Of a stretch of DNA of 41,076 nucleotides, positions 33,896-41,076 are shown piece after piece. Both the position numbers and the translations under genes were made by a program. This DNA comes from a virus (taxonomy: Duplodnaviria; Caudoviricetes). Position 1 is the first letter of the stretch. Every line of letters starts with the position of its first letter. Location: IMG/VR virus record IMGVR_UViG_3300037863_000259, positions 1 to 41,076 of that record; one strand, 5' to 3'. The notes below the pieces were generated by a model. The model saw nothing but the letters and a program-made list of their open reading frames with translations. It searched no databases and was not told where the DNA came from.

Positions 33896-35935
33896 TCATC
33901 GGTCGGGCTCCAGGTACTTCACGACCCTGAGTCCAGAGGCCTTGCCGTGGAACTTTCCGGCCTCGGTGACGAGGTAGCCGTGCTGCTGCCACTTGCTTAT
34001 TGAGGTCTCGGCCTCGCGCTTTGTGACACCATATTGGTCGGAAATCAGGTCAACGGCGAACCGCCCCTTGCGCCGGGCATGGGGGAATACGGACCAGGGT
34101 GCGCCGGCTCGCCAGGCCTCATCGATCGCCTGGAAAATCTCTCGGATCTGGTGCCAACTGAGATGCTTTTGTGCGACCGGCGTTGCCCCGGCGCCCAGCA
34201 CCGGCACCAGCGTGCTTTGCTCGGCCCCAAGGCCGGTGGTGAGGTCCACGACCTTCATCGTGAAGTTTAGGTCGTCGAGTTCCTCGCCGTCCTTCTGCTT
34301 CTCGACCGACAGGACGGTGGTGGCCTCGTCCTTGGCAACCCGGATCGAGGTATCGCAGCCGCCCAGCAGCACGGTAGAGCCGCGCATGCCGCGGTCGAGG
34401 TCCTTTCCGGCATGGTGGACGCCGATGACGCTGCCTGAGCAATGCTGCTGAATGTCGGCGCAGCCATCGATGAACATCGACATGGCTTCCTGGCTGTTCT
34501 CATCCTCGCCGGGGATCGAGCGCGACACGGTGTCGATCACAACCAGCCCGATCTGGAAATTGACCTCGGCCCGGACCTGATCGATTGTCCGCTTCAGCTT
34601 TTCAATACTGGCTGGATCAAGCATGCGGACGGCGACGGGGAGCAGCTTGAACGGCGCATCGACGCCTGCCAGCGCGTGCTCGCGGCGCCAGCCCTTGATG
34701 CGCTGACCGATGCCGTATTTGCCTTCACCGGCGATGTAGAGGACGCCAGTCTGCTGGGCGGCCTTGCCGTGCCAGTCGAGGCCGTAAGCAACCCGGAGCA
34801 CCATATCGAGCGCGATGAAGGTCTTGTGCTCGCCTGGCCGGCCATAGAGCAGGACCAGGCCATGCGACGGGATCAGCCCGTCGATGCGCCAGCTTGGCGG
34901 CGGCATGTTATCGATCTCGTCGAGGCTGAGGGTCTCGAAGACGTCGTGGCTTGTGCCGATGCCACTGGTTGCGCTGTTGGCATCCAGCAGAGCCCTGACG
35001 GCATCCATGCCGGACAGCGCAGCCATATCGTTGAAATCGGTGCCAGGGCTGACGGCTGGGAACGTGGGAAAGACCGCCTCGCACCCGAGGATGCGGGCGG
35101 CGGCGATTGCAGCCTCGCGTCCCACATTCTTCGTCTTGCCCCGGTCATCATCGCCAGCAACGATCCAAGCGCCGCCAGGATGAGCCGATGCCAGCCGCTC
35201 TGCGACCTTGACCAGATTGCCGGCGTTGAACGCGACCACGACCGTGCGGCCGGTCGCCTCGTGCAGGGTGGCGCCAGTGGCGAACCCTTCGCAGACGACG
35301 ACCTGTGCTGTGGCATCCGCAATCCTGCGGCCAAGAACAAACATGCCCGCCGCGGTCGGCAGATCGGAGCAGAACAGCTTATGCCCGCGCGCATCGATCG
35401 TCTGCAGCGACTGGATCTTGCCGTCCACGCCGTGCAGCGGGACCAGAATATGGGCACCCTCCAGGCGCGTGCCACTGGGGCTGATGCCTTTGGCCGTCAG
35501 GTAGGGGTGGCTGGTGTAGGCGGGGTCTGCTGCGATCCAGCGCTCGCGCGCCAGACGCACCGCCGCATCCCGGCGCTCAGCCTGTTCGGCCTCGAACCGG
35601 GCCTGCCGGGATTTGAGCTCAGCGACACGATCGGCCGAAAGGACCGGGAACGTCCCACCGGTCAACTGCTCGGCAGCTGCCCGGATATCGAGCCCCTCCA
35701 TGTGCTGAAGGAAATCGAAGATGTCGCCATGCGCGGCGCAACCATAGCAATGGTAGCGCTGGTCCTGCGGATAAATGGTGAACGACGGGGTGCGCTCGTC
35801 GTGGAATGGGCAAAGGCCAATGAGCTGATGACCACGGCGCTTCAGAACCACATGCCGGCCGACGACCTCAGCCAGCGGGTGCTGGTCCTTGATGGCGTCG
35901 ATATCGACGTTGCCGGTTTCGATTAGGCGCGACAT
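33896..35935 (-). CDS. Primase-helicase fusion (CHC2 zinc finger, TOPRIM, AAA_25/RepA-like helicase)
   Basis: CPFH.E.TPSF..C.GC; VCEGFATG, AGDDD, TDFND; GRPGEHKTF, YIAGEG, VVIDT, HHAGK..RGS; start ATG 35935. Confidence 0.92.
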   Translation of the reverse strand: MSRLIETGNVDIDAIKDQHPLAEVVGRHVVLKRRGHQLIGLCPFHDERTPSFTIYPQDQRYHCYGCAAHGDIFDFLQHMEGLDIRAAAEQLTGGTFPVLSADRVAELKSRQARFEAEQAERRDAAVRLARERWIAADPAYTSHPYLTAKGISPSGTRLEGAHILVPLHGVDGKIQSLQTIDARGHKLFCSDLPTAAGMFVLGRRIADATAQVVVCEGFATGATLHEATGRTVVVAFNAGNLVKVAERLASAHPGGAWIVAGDDDRGKTKNVGREAAIAAARILGCEAVFPTFPAVSPGTDFNDMAALSGMDAVRALLDANSATSGIGTSHDVFETLSLDEIDNMPPPSWRIDGLIPSHGLVLLYGRPGEHKTFIALDMVLRVAYGLDWHGKAAQQTGVLYIAGEGKYGIGQRIKGWRREHALAGVDAPFKLLPVAVRMLDPASIEKLKRTIDQVRAEVNFQIGLVVIDTVSRSIPGEDENSQEAMSMFIDGCADIQQHCSGSVIGVHHAGKDLDRGMRGSTVLLGGCDTSIRVAKDEATTVLSVEKQKDGEELDDLNFTMKVVDLTTGLGAEQSTLVPVLGAGATPVAQKHLSWHQIREIFQAIDEAWRAGAPWSVFPHARRKGRFAVDLISDQYGVTKREAETSISKWQQHGYLVTEAGKFHGKASGLRVVKYLEPDR

Positions 35936-35996
35936 CGCGGCAGGGCTCGCTTTCCTCGGTAGGGGCGGTTTCGGGATAGTCGGGGAAAGGCAGTGG

Positions 35997-36024
35997 ATGC
36001 CGGGCCACCGAAGCGGCCCGGCAT
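35997..36024 (-). other. Strong C(UUCG)G tetraloop hairpin after the ssDNA-binding-like gene
   Basis: Minus strand ATGCCGGGCCGC-TTCG-GTGGCCCGGCAT, 12-bp stem with one G-U pair, no U-tract. Confidence 0.6.
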
Positions 36025-36032
36025 GGTCCTGA

Positions 36033-36680
36033 TCAGAACAGCGGTGCGCCCCGCGCAGCGGCTGCGGGCGGCGGCATGTGTGCGGCGGGAGCAGCTGGTG
36101 CCGGTGGCGGCGCTGCCGGTGCCCGGGCGACTGGTCCTGGTGCGGCCGATGCGCTGGCCGGCTGATCACTGTCACCCAGCGCCTCAGGACGTTGGGCCCA
36201 GCCGACGATCTCGAACTTCGGCTGGTAATTGGTGCCGTGCTTGTTAGCGACGGGGTGGACACCGACGCAGCGGACAACCGGGAGCTGGCCGGTCGCCGTT
36301 TCGGGCGCCGCCATCCACGCATCGTACAGATCGTTCATCGCCTCGATGACGATGCTGGCCGTCGACGAGAACTCGCGGACACCAAGCAGGTTCTTGTCGC
36401 TGAACAGGTCAATCACGAAGCCGCGCTTGAAGTCCTGGCCGGGATTGGCTGCCGCTGCCGTAAACGACGGGTCCATGACCTTCTCCGGCGCCACGCCGGC
36501 GGAGAACTTGAACCAGCCGGTTTTGAGGCCCGGCATGTCGAACACAGCCGTCATGTCGGCGACCTCGAACAGCGGCTCGTCCTTGCCGTCATGCTTGGTA
36601 TACCAGCGGCCTGCCTTCGCATTGTACGAGACAAATACCTTGAAATCCCCGCCGCCAGACGGGGGCGTCATGAAACCCAT
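36033..36680 (-). CDS. Putative ssDNA-binding protein
   Basis: Between exonuclease and primase; aromatic-rich beta core (YNAKAGRW, TGW..F, NY.P.FEI.GW..RP) and Pro/Ala tail ending in F; function inferred. Confidence 0.6.
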   Translation of the reverse strand: MGFMTPPSGGGDFKVFVSYNAKAGRWYTKHDGKDEPLFEVADMTAVFDMPGLKTGWFKFSAGVAPEKVMDPSFTAAAANPGQDFKRGFVIDLFSDKNLLGVREFSSTASIVIEAMNDLYDAWMAAPETATGQLPVVRCVGVHPVANKHGTNYQPKFEIVGWAQRPEALGDSDQPASASAAPGPVARAPAAPPPAPAAPAAHMPPPAAAARGAPLF

Positions 36681-36699
36681 GATCCTGTTTCCTCTTCTC

Positions 36700-37503
36700 T
36701 CAGTGGGCCGCGTTGAGGCAGGCGGCATCGCCTTCGGGGGACAGACCCCAGATCTCTTCGGCAGCCGCACGGGCGCCGGGGTCGTTCCAGTAAAAGCTGT
36801 CGAAGTCGGGTGAGAGCGACCGGGTCAGCGCCTCCCCGTTATCCGACAGGCTCAGGAACCGCTCGATCGACTGGGCGATACTGACCACACGGCCGAGGTG
36901 GCTGCGCGGGTCCTCGAGTTTGTAAACCCCGACCTTCTGCGGCGTGACGTAAGCGAAGCGGATCTCAGCATTGCCGTGCGCGGCATGGTAGATCGCGCCT
37001 TGGCGGGCGTGGGGATCGGAGATCTTCGAAGACAGCCTGAGCTGGGTTTTGAGATCGACGATGATGCCGTGATCGGGAAACCAGAAGTCGAGCCAGCCAA
37101 TGAACGGCACCGGCACGCCCGGGATCGCGACCTCGATGCGGTGCTGGCGATTGCCATCAGCAGCGGCTGGCACGCCATATTGGCGAAGCTCGGCCAGGCC
37201 AATAGCGACGGCCGGGGCAATGGCCGCGCGCTCCTTTTCTACACCCGGATGGCCCGACAGCGCGGTCAGCTGGTTAAACCGGGCAACCGCCAGTTCCTGA
37301 CACGCCTCGACCGGGGCGTCGGGTTCAAACAGCCCCATCTCGACACCGGCCTCGATAGACGTGCCGCGGTGGGCGGCAGGGCCGACGGCCGACTTGCGAC
37401 CCATCAGCTTCTGCATCGCCCACATCGAAGGCTGCGCCACGAACAGGTTGATCGAGGAAGCCGACAGATGGTCGAGCCCATGACGTTCGAACGCGCCGCT
37501 CAC
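36700..37503 (-). CDS. PD-(D/E)XK exonuclease (RecB-like family)
   Basis: HLSASSIN, RGT..E, G.LDF.....IVDLKT, RQ.A.Y. Confidence 0.85.
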   Translation of the reverse strand: MSGAFERHGLDHLSASSINLFVAQPSMWAMQKLMGRKSAVGPAAHRGTSIEAGVEMGLFEPDAPVEACQELAVARFNQLTALSGHPGVEKERAAIAPAVAIGLAELRQYGVPAAADGNRQHRIEVAIPGVPVPFIGWLDFWFPDHGIIVDLKTQLRLSSKISDPHARQGAIYHAAHGNAEIRFAYVTPQKVGVYKLEDPRSHLGRVVSIAQSIERFLSLSDNGEALTRSLSPDFDSFYWNDPGARAAAEEIWGLSPEGDAACLNAAH

Positions 37504-37712
37504 TTGGCAGCCTTCTTCCGACGCGGGGTCGGCTGATAAGTGATCATGAAGGTGCGGACCCGCGCTTCGGTATCCGGCCAGAGCCGGCGACCGGCCTTTA
37601 TCTGGCGAATCAGTTTCCAGTCGTTGACCGCGTGGCGGCCAAAGGCGCTCTCGCTGAGCTTATGAATCCGCAGGAAAGCGTCGATATCGGAGAGGAGCGG
37701 GTGCGATGTCAT
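37500..37712 (-). CDS. Cro-like HTH protein
   Basis: LL..I.AFL....SE..FGR.AVND...I..I..GR; divergent from the repressor. Confidence 0.8.
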   Translation of the reverse strand: MTSHPLLSDIDAFLRIHKLSESAFGRHAVNDWKLIRQIKAGRRLWPDTEARVRTFMITYQPTPRRKKAAK

Positions 37713-37718
37713 GATCTG

Positions 37719-37747
37719 ATTATTACGGGACCTATCCTACATTACAA
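37719..37747 (-). promoter_or_regulatory. Early lytic promoter with operator in the spacer (likely leaderless cro mRNA)
   Basis: Minus strand TTGTAA-17-AATAAT, then 6 nt, then ATG; spacer contains GGGA-CCTA-TCCT (37727-37738). Confidence 0.65.
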
Positions 37748-37772
37748 TCCTCATCCCGCTTGATGAATGCAT

Positions 37773-37794
37773 ATTGCGGGAACTGTCCCGCAAT
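37773..37794. promoter_or_regulatory. Repressor operator palindrome
   Basis: ATTGCGGGA-ACTG-TCCCGCAAT, perfect 9-bp arms, upstream of the repressor start. Confidence 0.75.
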
Positions 37795-37809
37795 GCTAGG
37801 TGGGGCGCC

Positions 37810-38535
37810 ATGACAGAGAAACCTCTCTTCGACATCGCGCACCTGCGCACCGTCCTGGAAACAGCCACTGGCCCCGGGTCTAAGTGGAATGCGCGCTCGC
37901 TTTCGCTGGCAGCCTCTGCGGGAAAGAGCCCGCATCTGGTGCGCGATATCATCCGCGGCAAGAGCGCCAACCCGCAGCTGGAAACAGTACTTGGCCTCGC
38001 TAAGGCGCTAAGCATGGATATCTCGCAGCTGGTACCATCGACCGCTACCCTGATGCCGCGTGTCGGTCTGACCGGCGGGGCCCAGCATCTCGAGGTGGTT
38101 GGCGCAGTCGCCGCCGGCGTCTGGCGCGAACAGACCGACTGGGCGGCCGAAGACCGCTATTCTATTGAGGTTGGGCCCAATCCTGTCGCAGGCGGCGAGC
38201 GGTTCGCGCTGCGGATGGAAGGCCATTCGATGGACAAGATCATACCGCCGGGTTCAGATCTCGAATGCCTGCGGGTCACCTTTGGCTTAGTCGAACCCCA
38301 GCCGGGCGACATCGTCATCGTCCAGCGCGACCGGCATGACCTGCACGAAATGACCTGCAAGCGTCTCGACTATGATGGGACCAATTTCATCCTGCGCGCG
38401 GAATCAACCCGCGCCGAGTTCCAGGAGCCGATCGTCATTGGCAACCCGGATGAGGGTCATCACGGCGATGAGGGCGTGAACATCATCGGTATCGTGCTTC
38501 GTTCGCACCAAAACCTGTTCCAGCGCCGGCGCTGA
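37810..38535 (+). CDS. CI/LexA-like repressor (HTH + S24 peptidase)
   Basis: N-terminal HTH, VAAG cleavage site, catalytic GHSM and TCKRL. Confidence 0.92.
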   Translation: MTEKPLFDIAHLRTVLETATGPGSKWNARSLSLAASAGKSPHLVRDIIRGKSANPQLETVLGLAKALSMDISQLVPSTATLMPRVGLTGGAQHLEVVGAVAAGVWREQTDWAAEDRYSIEVGPNPVAGGERFALRMEGHSMDKIIPPGSDLECLRVTFGLVEPQPGDIVIVQRDRHDLHEMTCKRLDYDGTNFILRAESTRAEFQEPIVIGNPDEGHHGDEGVNIIGIVLRSHQNLFQRRR

Positions 38536-38575
38536 CGAGCCTGCATTTTGCGGGAAGCTGGAAGCCCGCCGACGA

Positions 38576-38604
38576 TTGACGTGGGATATATCCCAACTTA
38601 TCCT
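38576..38604 (+). promoter_or_regulatory. Promoter of the recombinase module with operator in the spacer
   Basis: TTGACG-17-TATCCT; spacer holds the perfect palindrome TGGGATATATCCCA (38582-38595). Confidence 0.7.
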
Positions 38605-38678
38605 CCCCTCACTTGATCAGGGGATGGATCCGCATAGGCGGCGTCCCGTGACGCCCAGCCTTTCATGCGGAAACTTTC

Positions 38679-38897
38679 ATGCAATCATCCCTCTGTGGTC
38701 CCAACGCCGCGCCGCCCAACGAACTGTCGGCCGAAGCCCGGCTCGCCGAGTTGGGCCGGATCTTGGCGGCCGGCGTGCTGCGCATGCGCGAACAGTCCAG
38801 TCCTTTATCTGACCAGTGCGGAGGTAGTTCACTCGCTATCCCGCCCGCCAAGAGCGTCAGTCGTCCCCGGGAACGAGCCCGGAATGGAGGACGATGA
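38679..38897 (+). CDS. Small hypothetical protein preceding DUF2924
   Basis: PN...P..LS...RLAEL..ILAAG..R; ATGA-coupled to the next gene. Confidence 0.65.
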   Translation: MQSSLCGPNAAPPNELSAEARLAELGRILAAGVLRMREQSSPLSDQCGGSSLAIPPAKSVSRPRERARNGGR

Positions 38898-39358
38898 TGC
38901 AAGTTGACGACAATAGGCAGGTGCTGGCCAGGCTGGCGGCCCTGAAGGATATGACGGTCAGGGAGCTGAAGGCGGAATGGGGAAAGCTGTTCAGCAGCGA
39001 GGCGCCCAACAACAGCCGGCCGTTCCTCGAGCAGCGGCTGGCCTACCGGATCCAGGAGCTGACCTTCGGCGGACCTTCCAAACCAGTCAGGCAGCTACTC
39101 GATGCGCTGGCACATGAGGTCGAGGGCAAGAAGGTCCGCAAGTCCGTCATCAGTGACCCACGCAACCCAGTCATCGGCACACGACTGGTGCGCGAGTGGG
39201 ATGGCGGCGAGCACGTCATCACCGTCTTGAAGGATGGGTTCGATTGGCAGGGCCGCCGCTACAAATCGCTGTCGGCGATCGCCCGGGACATCACCGGCAC
39301 CCGCTGGAACGGCTACCGCTTCTTCGGCCTGCGCGATATTAAAAGGAACGCGGCATGA
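38894..39358 (+). CDS. DUF2924 domain protein
   Basis: LAYRIQEL..GG, GTRLVREW.G..H.I.V..DGF.W.G..YKSLSAIA..ITGT.WNG..FFGL. Confidence 0.88.
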   Translation: MMQVDDNRQVLARLAALKDMTVRELKAEWGKLFSSEAPNNSRPFLEQRLAYRIQELTFGGPSKPVRQLLDALAHEVEGKKVRKSVISDPRNPVIGTRLVREWDGGEHVITVLKDGFDWQGRRYKSLSAIARDITGTRWNGYRFFGLRDIKRNAA

Positions 39359-40674
39359 AGCAGGTCATTCCGCCGCGCCGCCTGCGCTGCGCCATCTACA
39401 CCCGCAAATCCAGCGAGGAAGGGCTCGAGCAGGAGTTCAATTCGCTGCACGCCCAGCGCGAATCCTGCGAGGCCTATATCGCCAGTCAGCGCTCCGAAGG
39501 CTGGGTGCTGGTCCGCGACCAGTACGATGACGGCGGGATCTCGGGCGGCACGCTCGAACGCCCTGGCCTGAAGCGGCTGCTCAGTGACATCGAGGCCGGG
39601 CTGGTCGACGTTGTGGTGGTCTACAAGATCGACCGCCTGTCGCGCTCGCTGATGGACTTCTCGCGGCTGGTCGAGGTGTTTGACCGGAACGACGTGACGT
39701 TCGTGTCGGTGACGCAGTCGTTCAACACCACGACCAGCATGGGCCGCCTGACGCTGAACATCCTGCTGTCGTTCGCCCAGTTCGAGCGCGAGGTCACCGG
39801 CGAGCGCATCCGCGACAAATTTGCCGCCTCTCGCGCCAAGGGCATGTGGATGGGCGGGTTCGTGCCGATGGGTTACGATGTGGTCGACCGGAAATTGGTG
39901 ATCAACGAGGCTGAGGCCGCCACGGTCCGCGGCATATTCGAACGGTTTGTCGAGCTAGGCTCGGCCACAACGCTGACGCGCGAACTGGTGGCGAACGGCG
40001 CCCTCAACAAGCGCGGCAAGCCGATCGACAAGGGGTTCCTGTACAAGCTATTCCGCAACCGGCTCTATCTCGGCGAGGCCGTCCACAAGGGAACCAGCTA
40101 CCCGGGCGAGCATAAGGCCATCATCGACCAGCTGCTGTGGGATAAGGTGCACGCCATCCTAAAGGAAAGCCCCCGACAGCGGGCTGCCAACACGCGCTGC
40201 CAGACACCAGCGCTGCTAAAAGGCCTGATCTTTACCGCCAACGGCGTGGCTATGACACCGACCGCCACCAAGAAGGGCAGCCGTCATTATCGCTATTACA
40301 CCTCGATGGATGCGATCAGAAACCGCGCCGGTGAAGCCACCGACGGGTTTGTTCGGCTGAACGCCGGCATGGTCGAAGGCGCCGTGATCCAGCACATCCG
40401 GTCGCTGCTGCGCACGCCGGAGATTGTGGCGCGGGCGGTTGAAGCTGCCCGCCGTGCGGACCCGGACATGGACGAGCGTGATGTTGTCACCGCGCTGGCG
40501 GGGTTTGATAGCCTCTGGGAATCGCTGTTCCCGGCTGAGCAGGCCCGCACCGCCCGGTTGCTGATCGAGCGGGTCACGGTCAGCGCCGAAGGACTTGCGG
40601 TCGACCTGCGCACCGATGGGCTCGGATCGGTCATCCGCGAAATGGTCGCCCCAAGACAGGAGTTGGCCGCATGA
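39355..40674 (+). CDS. Large serine recombinase (resolvase + recombinase domains)
   Basis: CAIYTRKS catalytic Ser, DDGG.SG...RPGL, VYKIDRLSRS, FAQFERE...ERIRD, P.GY, N..Y.G, H.AII. Confidence 0.95.
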   Translation: MKQVIPPRRLRCAIYTRKSSEEGLEQEFNSLHAQRESCEAYIASQRSEGWVLVRDQYDDGGISGGTLERPGLKRLLSDIEAGLVDVVVVYKIDRLSRSLMDFSRLVEVFDRNDVTFVSVTQSFNTTTSMGRLTLNILLSFAQFEREVTGERIRDKFAASRAKGMWMGGFVPMGYDVVDRKLVINEAEAATVRGIFERFVELGSATTLTRELVANGALNKRGKPIDKGFLYKLFRNRLYLGEAVHKGTSYPGEHKAIIDQLLWDKVHAILKESPRQRAANTRCQTPALLKGLIFTANGVAMTPTATKKGSRHYRYYTSMDAIRNRAGEATDGFVRLNAGMVEGAVIQHIRSLLRTPEIVARAVEAARRADPDMDERDVVTALAGFDSLWESLFPAEQARTARLLIERVTVSAEGLAVDLRTDGLGSVIREMVAPRQELAA

Positions 40675-41076
40675 GCGCGCCCGCCACCATGCGGGTGTTC
40701 ATCCCGCTCACCATCCGCAAACGCAACGGGCGGCCGAAAATCCTGCCGCCTGCGGACATGGTTTCGGATACCGGCGGGGTGGACCCCCATGTGCTGAAGG
40801 CGATCGCCAAGGCGTGGAGTTGGCGGCGTAAGCTGGAGAGCGGCGCGGTCGCCACCATACAGGATCTCGCTCAGGCCGAAGCCGTGACGCATCCCTATGT
40901 CGGCCGCATGCTGAAACTGGCTTATCTGGCGCCGGTCGTGCTGGAGAAACTGCTGATTGCGCGCGTGTCGCCAGTCGTTTCGGTCAAGGAGTTGGCGGAG
41001 GCTACCGAGCTGCCCTGGGCAGAGCAGGCTGGCATGGTGTTTGGCGCAGTGGCGGACCCCGACGCTGCGCAGAACT
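40671..41076 (+). CDS. Recombinase-associated HTH-like protein, no stop within the window (absent from the ORF track)
   Basis: Manual translation MSAPATMRVFIPLTIRKRNGRPKI...KAIAKAWSWRRKLESG...YVGRMLKLAYLAP...LPWAEQ; ATGA overlap with the recombinase, AGGAG RBS. Confidence 0.8.
   Translation, partial: MSAPATMRVFIPLTIRKRNGRPKILPPADMVSDTGGVDPHVLKAIAKAWSWRRKLESGAVATIQDLAQAEAVTHPYVGRMLKLAYLAPVVLEKLLIARVSPVVSVKELAEATELPWAEQAGMVFGAVADPDAAQN

Larger units (their letters stand above)
1..41076. mobile_element. Temperate siphophage / phage-like integrative element (HK97-type head, long non-contractile tail, large serine recombinase module) carrying a defence operon
   Basis: Contiguous lysis, tail, head, packaging, replication, cI/cro and recombinase modules in lambdoid order; no host housekeeping genes in the window. 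Confidence 0.9.

Noticed and set aside
33699-33992. 97-aa minus-strand ORF across the iterons
   Set aside because: Overlaps the helicase end and its sequence is dictated by the repeats; a short version from ATG 33899 cannot be fully excluded
32689-35926. Plus-strand ORFs of 386 and 494 aa
   Set aside because: Antisense to the RuvC-like, hypothetical and primase-helicase genes, which carry clear motifs

Overview
The window is one apparently complete, high-GC temperate siphophage or phage-like element of about 41 kb. An alphaproteobacterial (sphingomonad-like) host is an inference from gene content. It has four parts. (1) 261-9950 (+): a defence operon of WYL regulator (CapW/BrxR-like), type I R-M (hsdR, hsdM, hsdS), an ABC/AAA ATPase and an uncharacterised PLD/MIT_C-like protein. 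(2) 10122-31304 (mostly -): lysis, tail, HK97-type head and packaging genes, a ParB-methyltransferase, and two inserted nuclease genes. (3) 31484-38535: replication/recombination genes, an iteron-like origin and a cI/cro switch. (4) 38679-41076 (+): a small ORF, DUF2924, a large serine recombinase and its accessory ORF. Signals read directly from the sequence are a -1 frameshift site in the tail chaperone, a GGGA-N4-TCCC operator shared by the cI/cro switch and the recombinase promoter, a tRNA-3'-end-like candidate att site at 122-154, and an inverted repeat that completes across the end/start junction (suggesting a circular molecule). The best candidate for an undescribed system is the ATPase + PLD-like pair appended to the WYL-controlled type I R-M operon. 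All family calls are from motif recognition; no searches were run.
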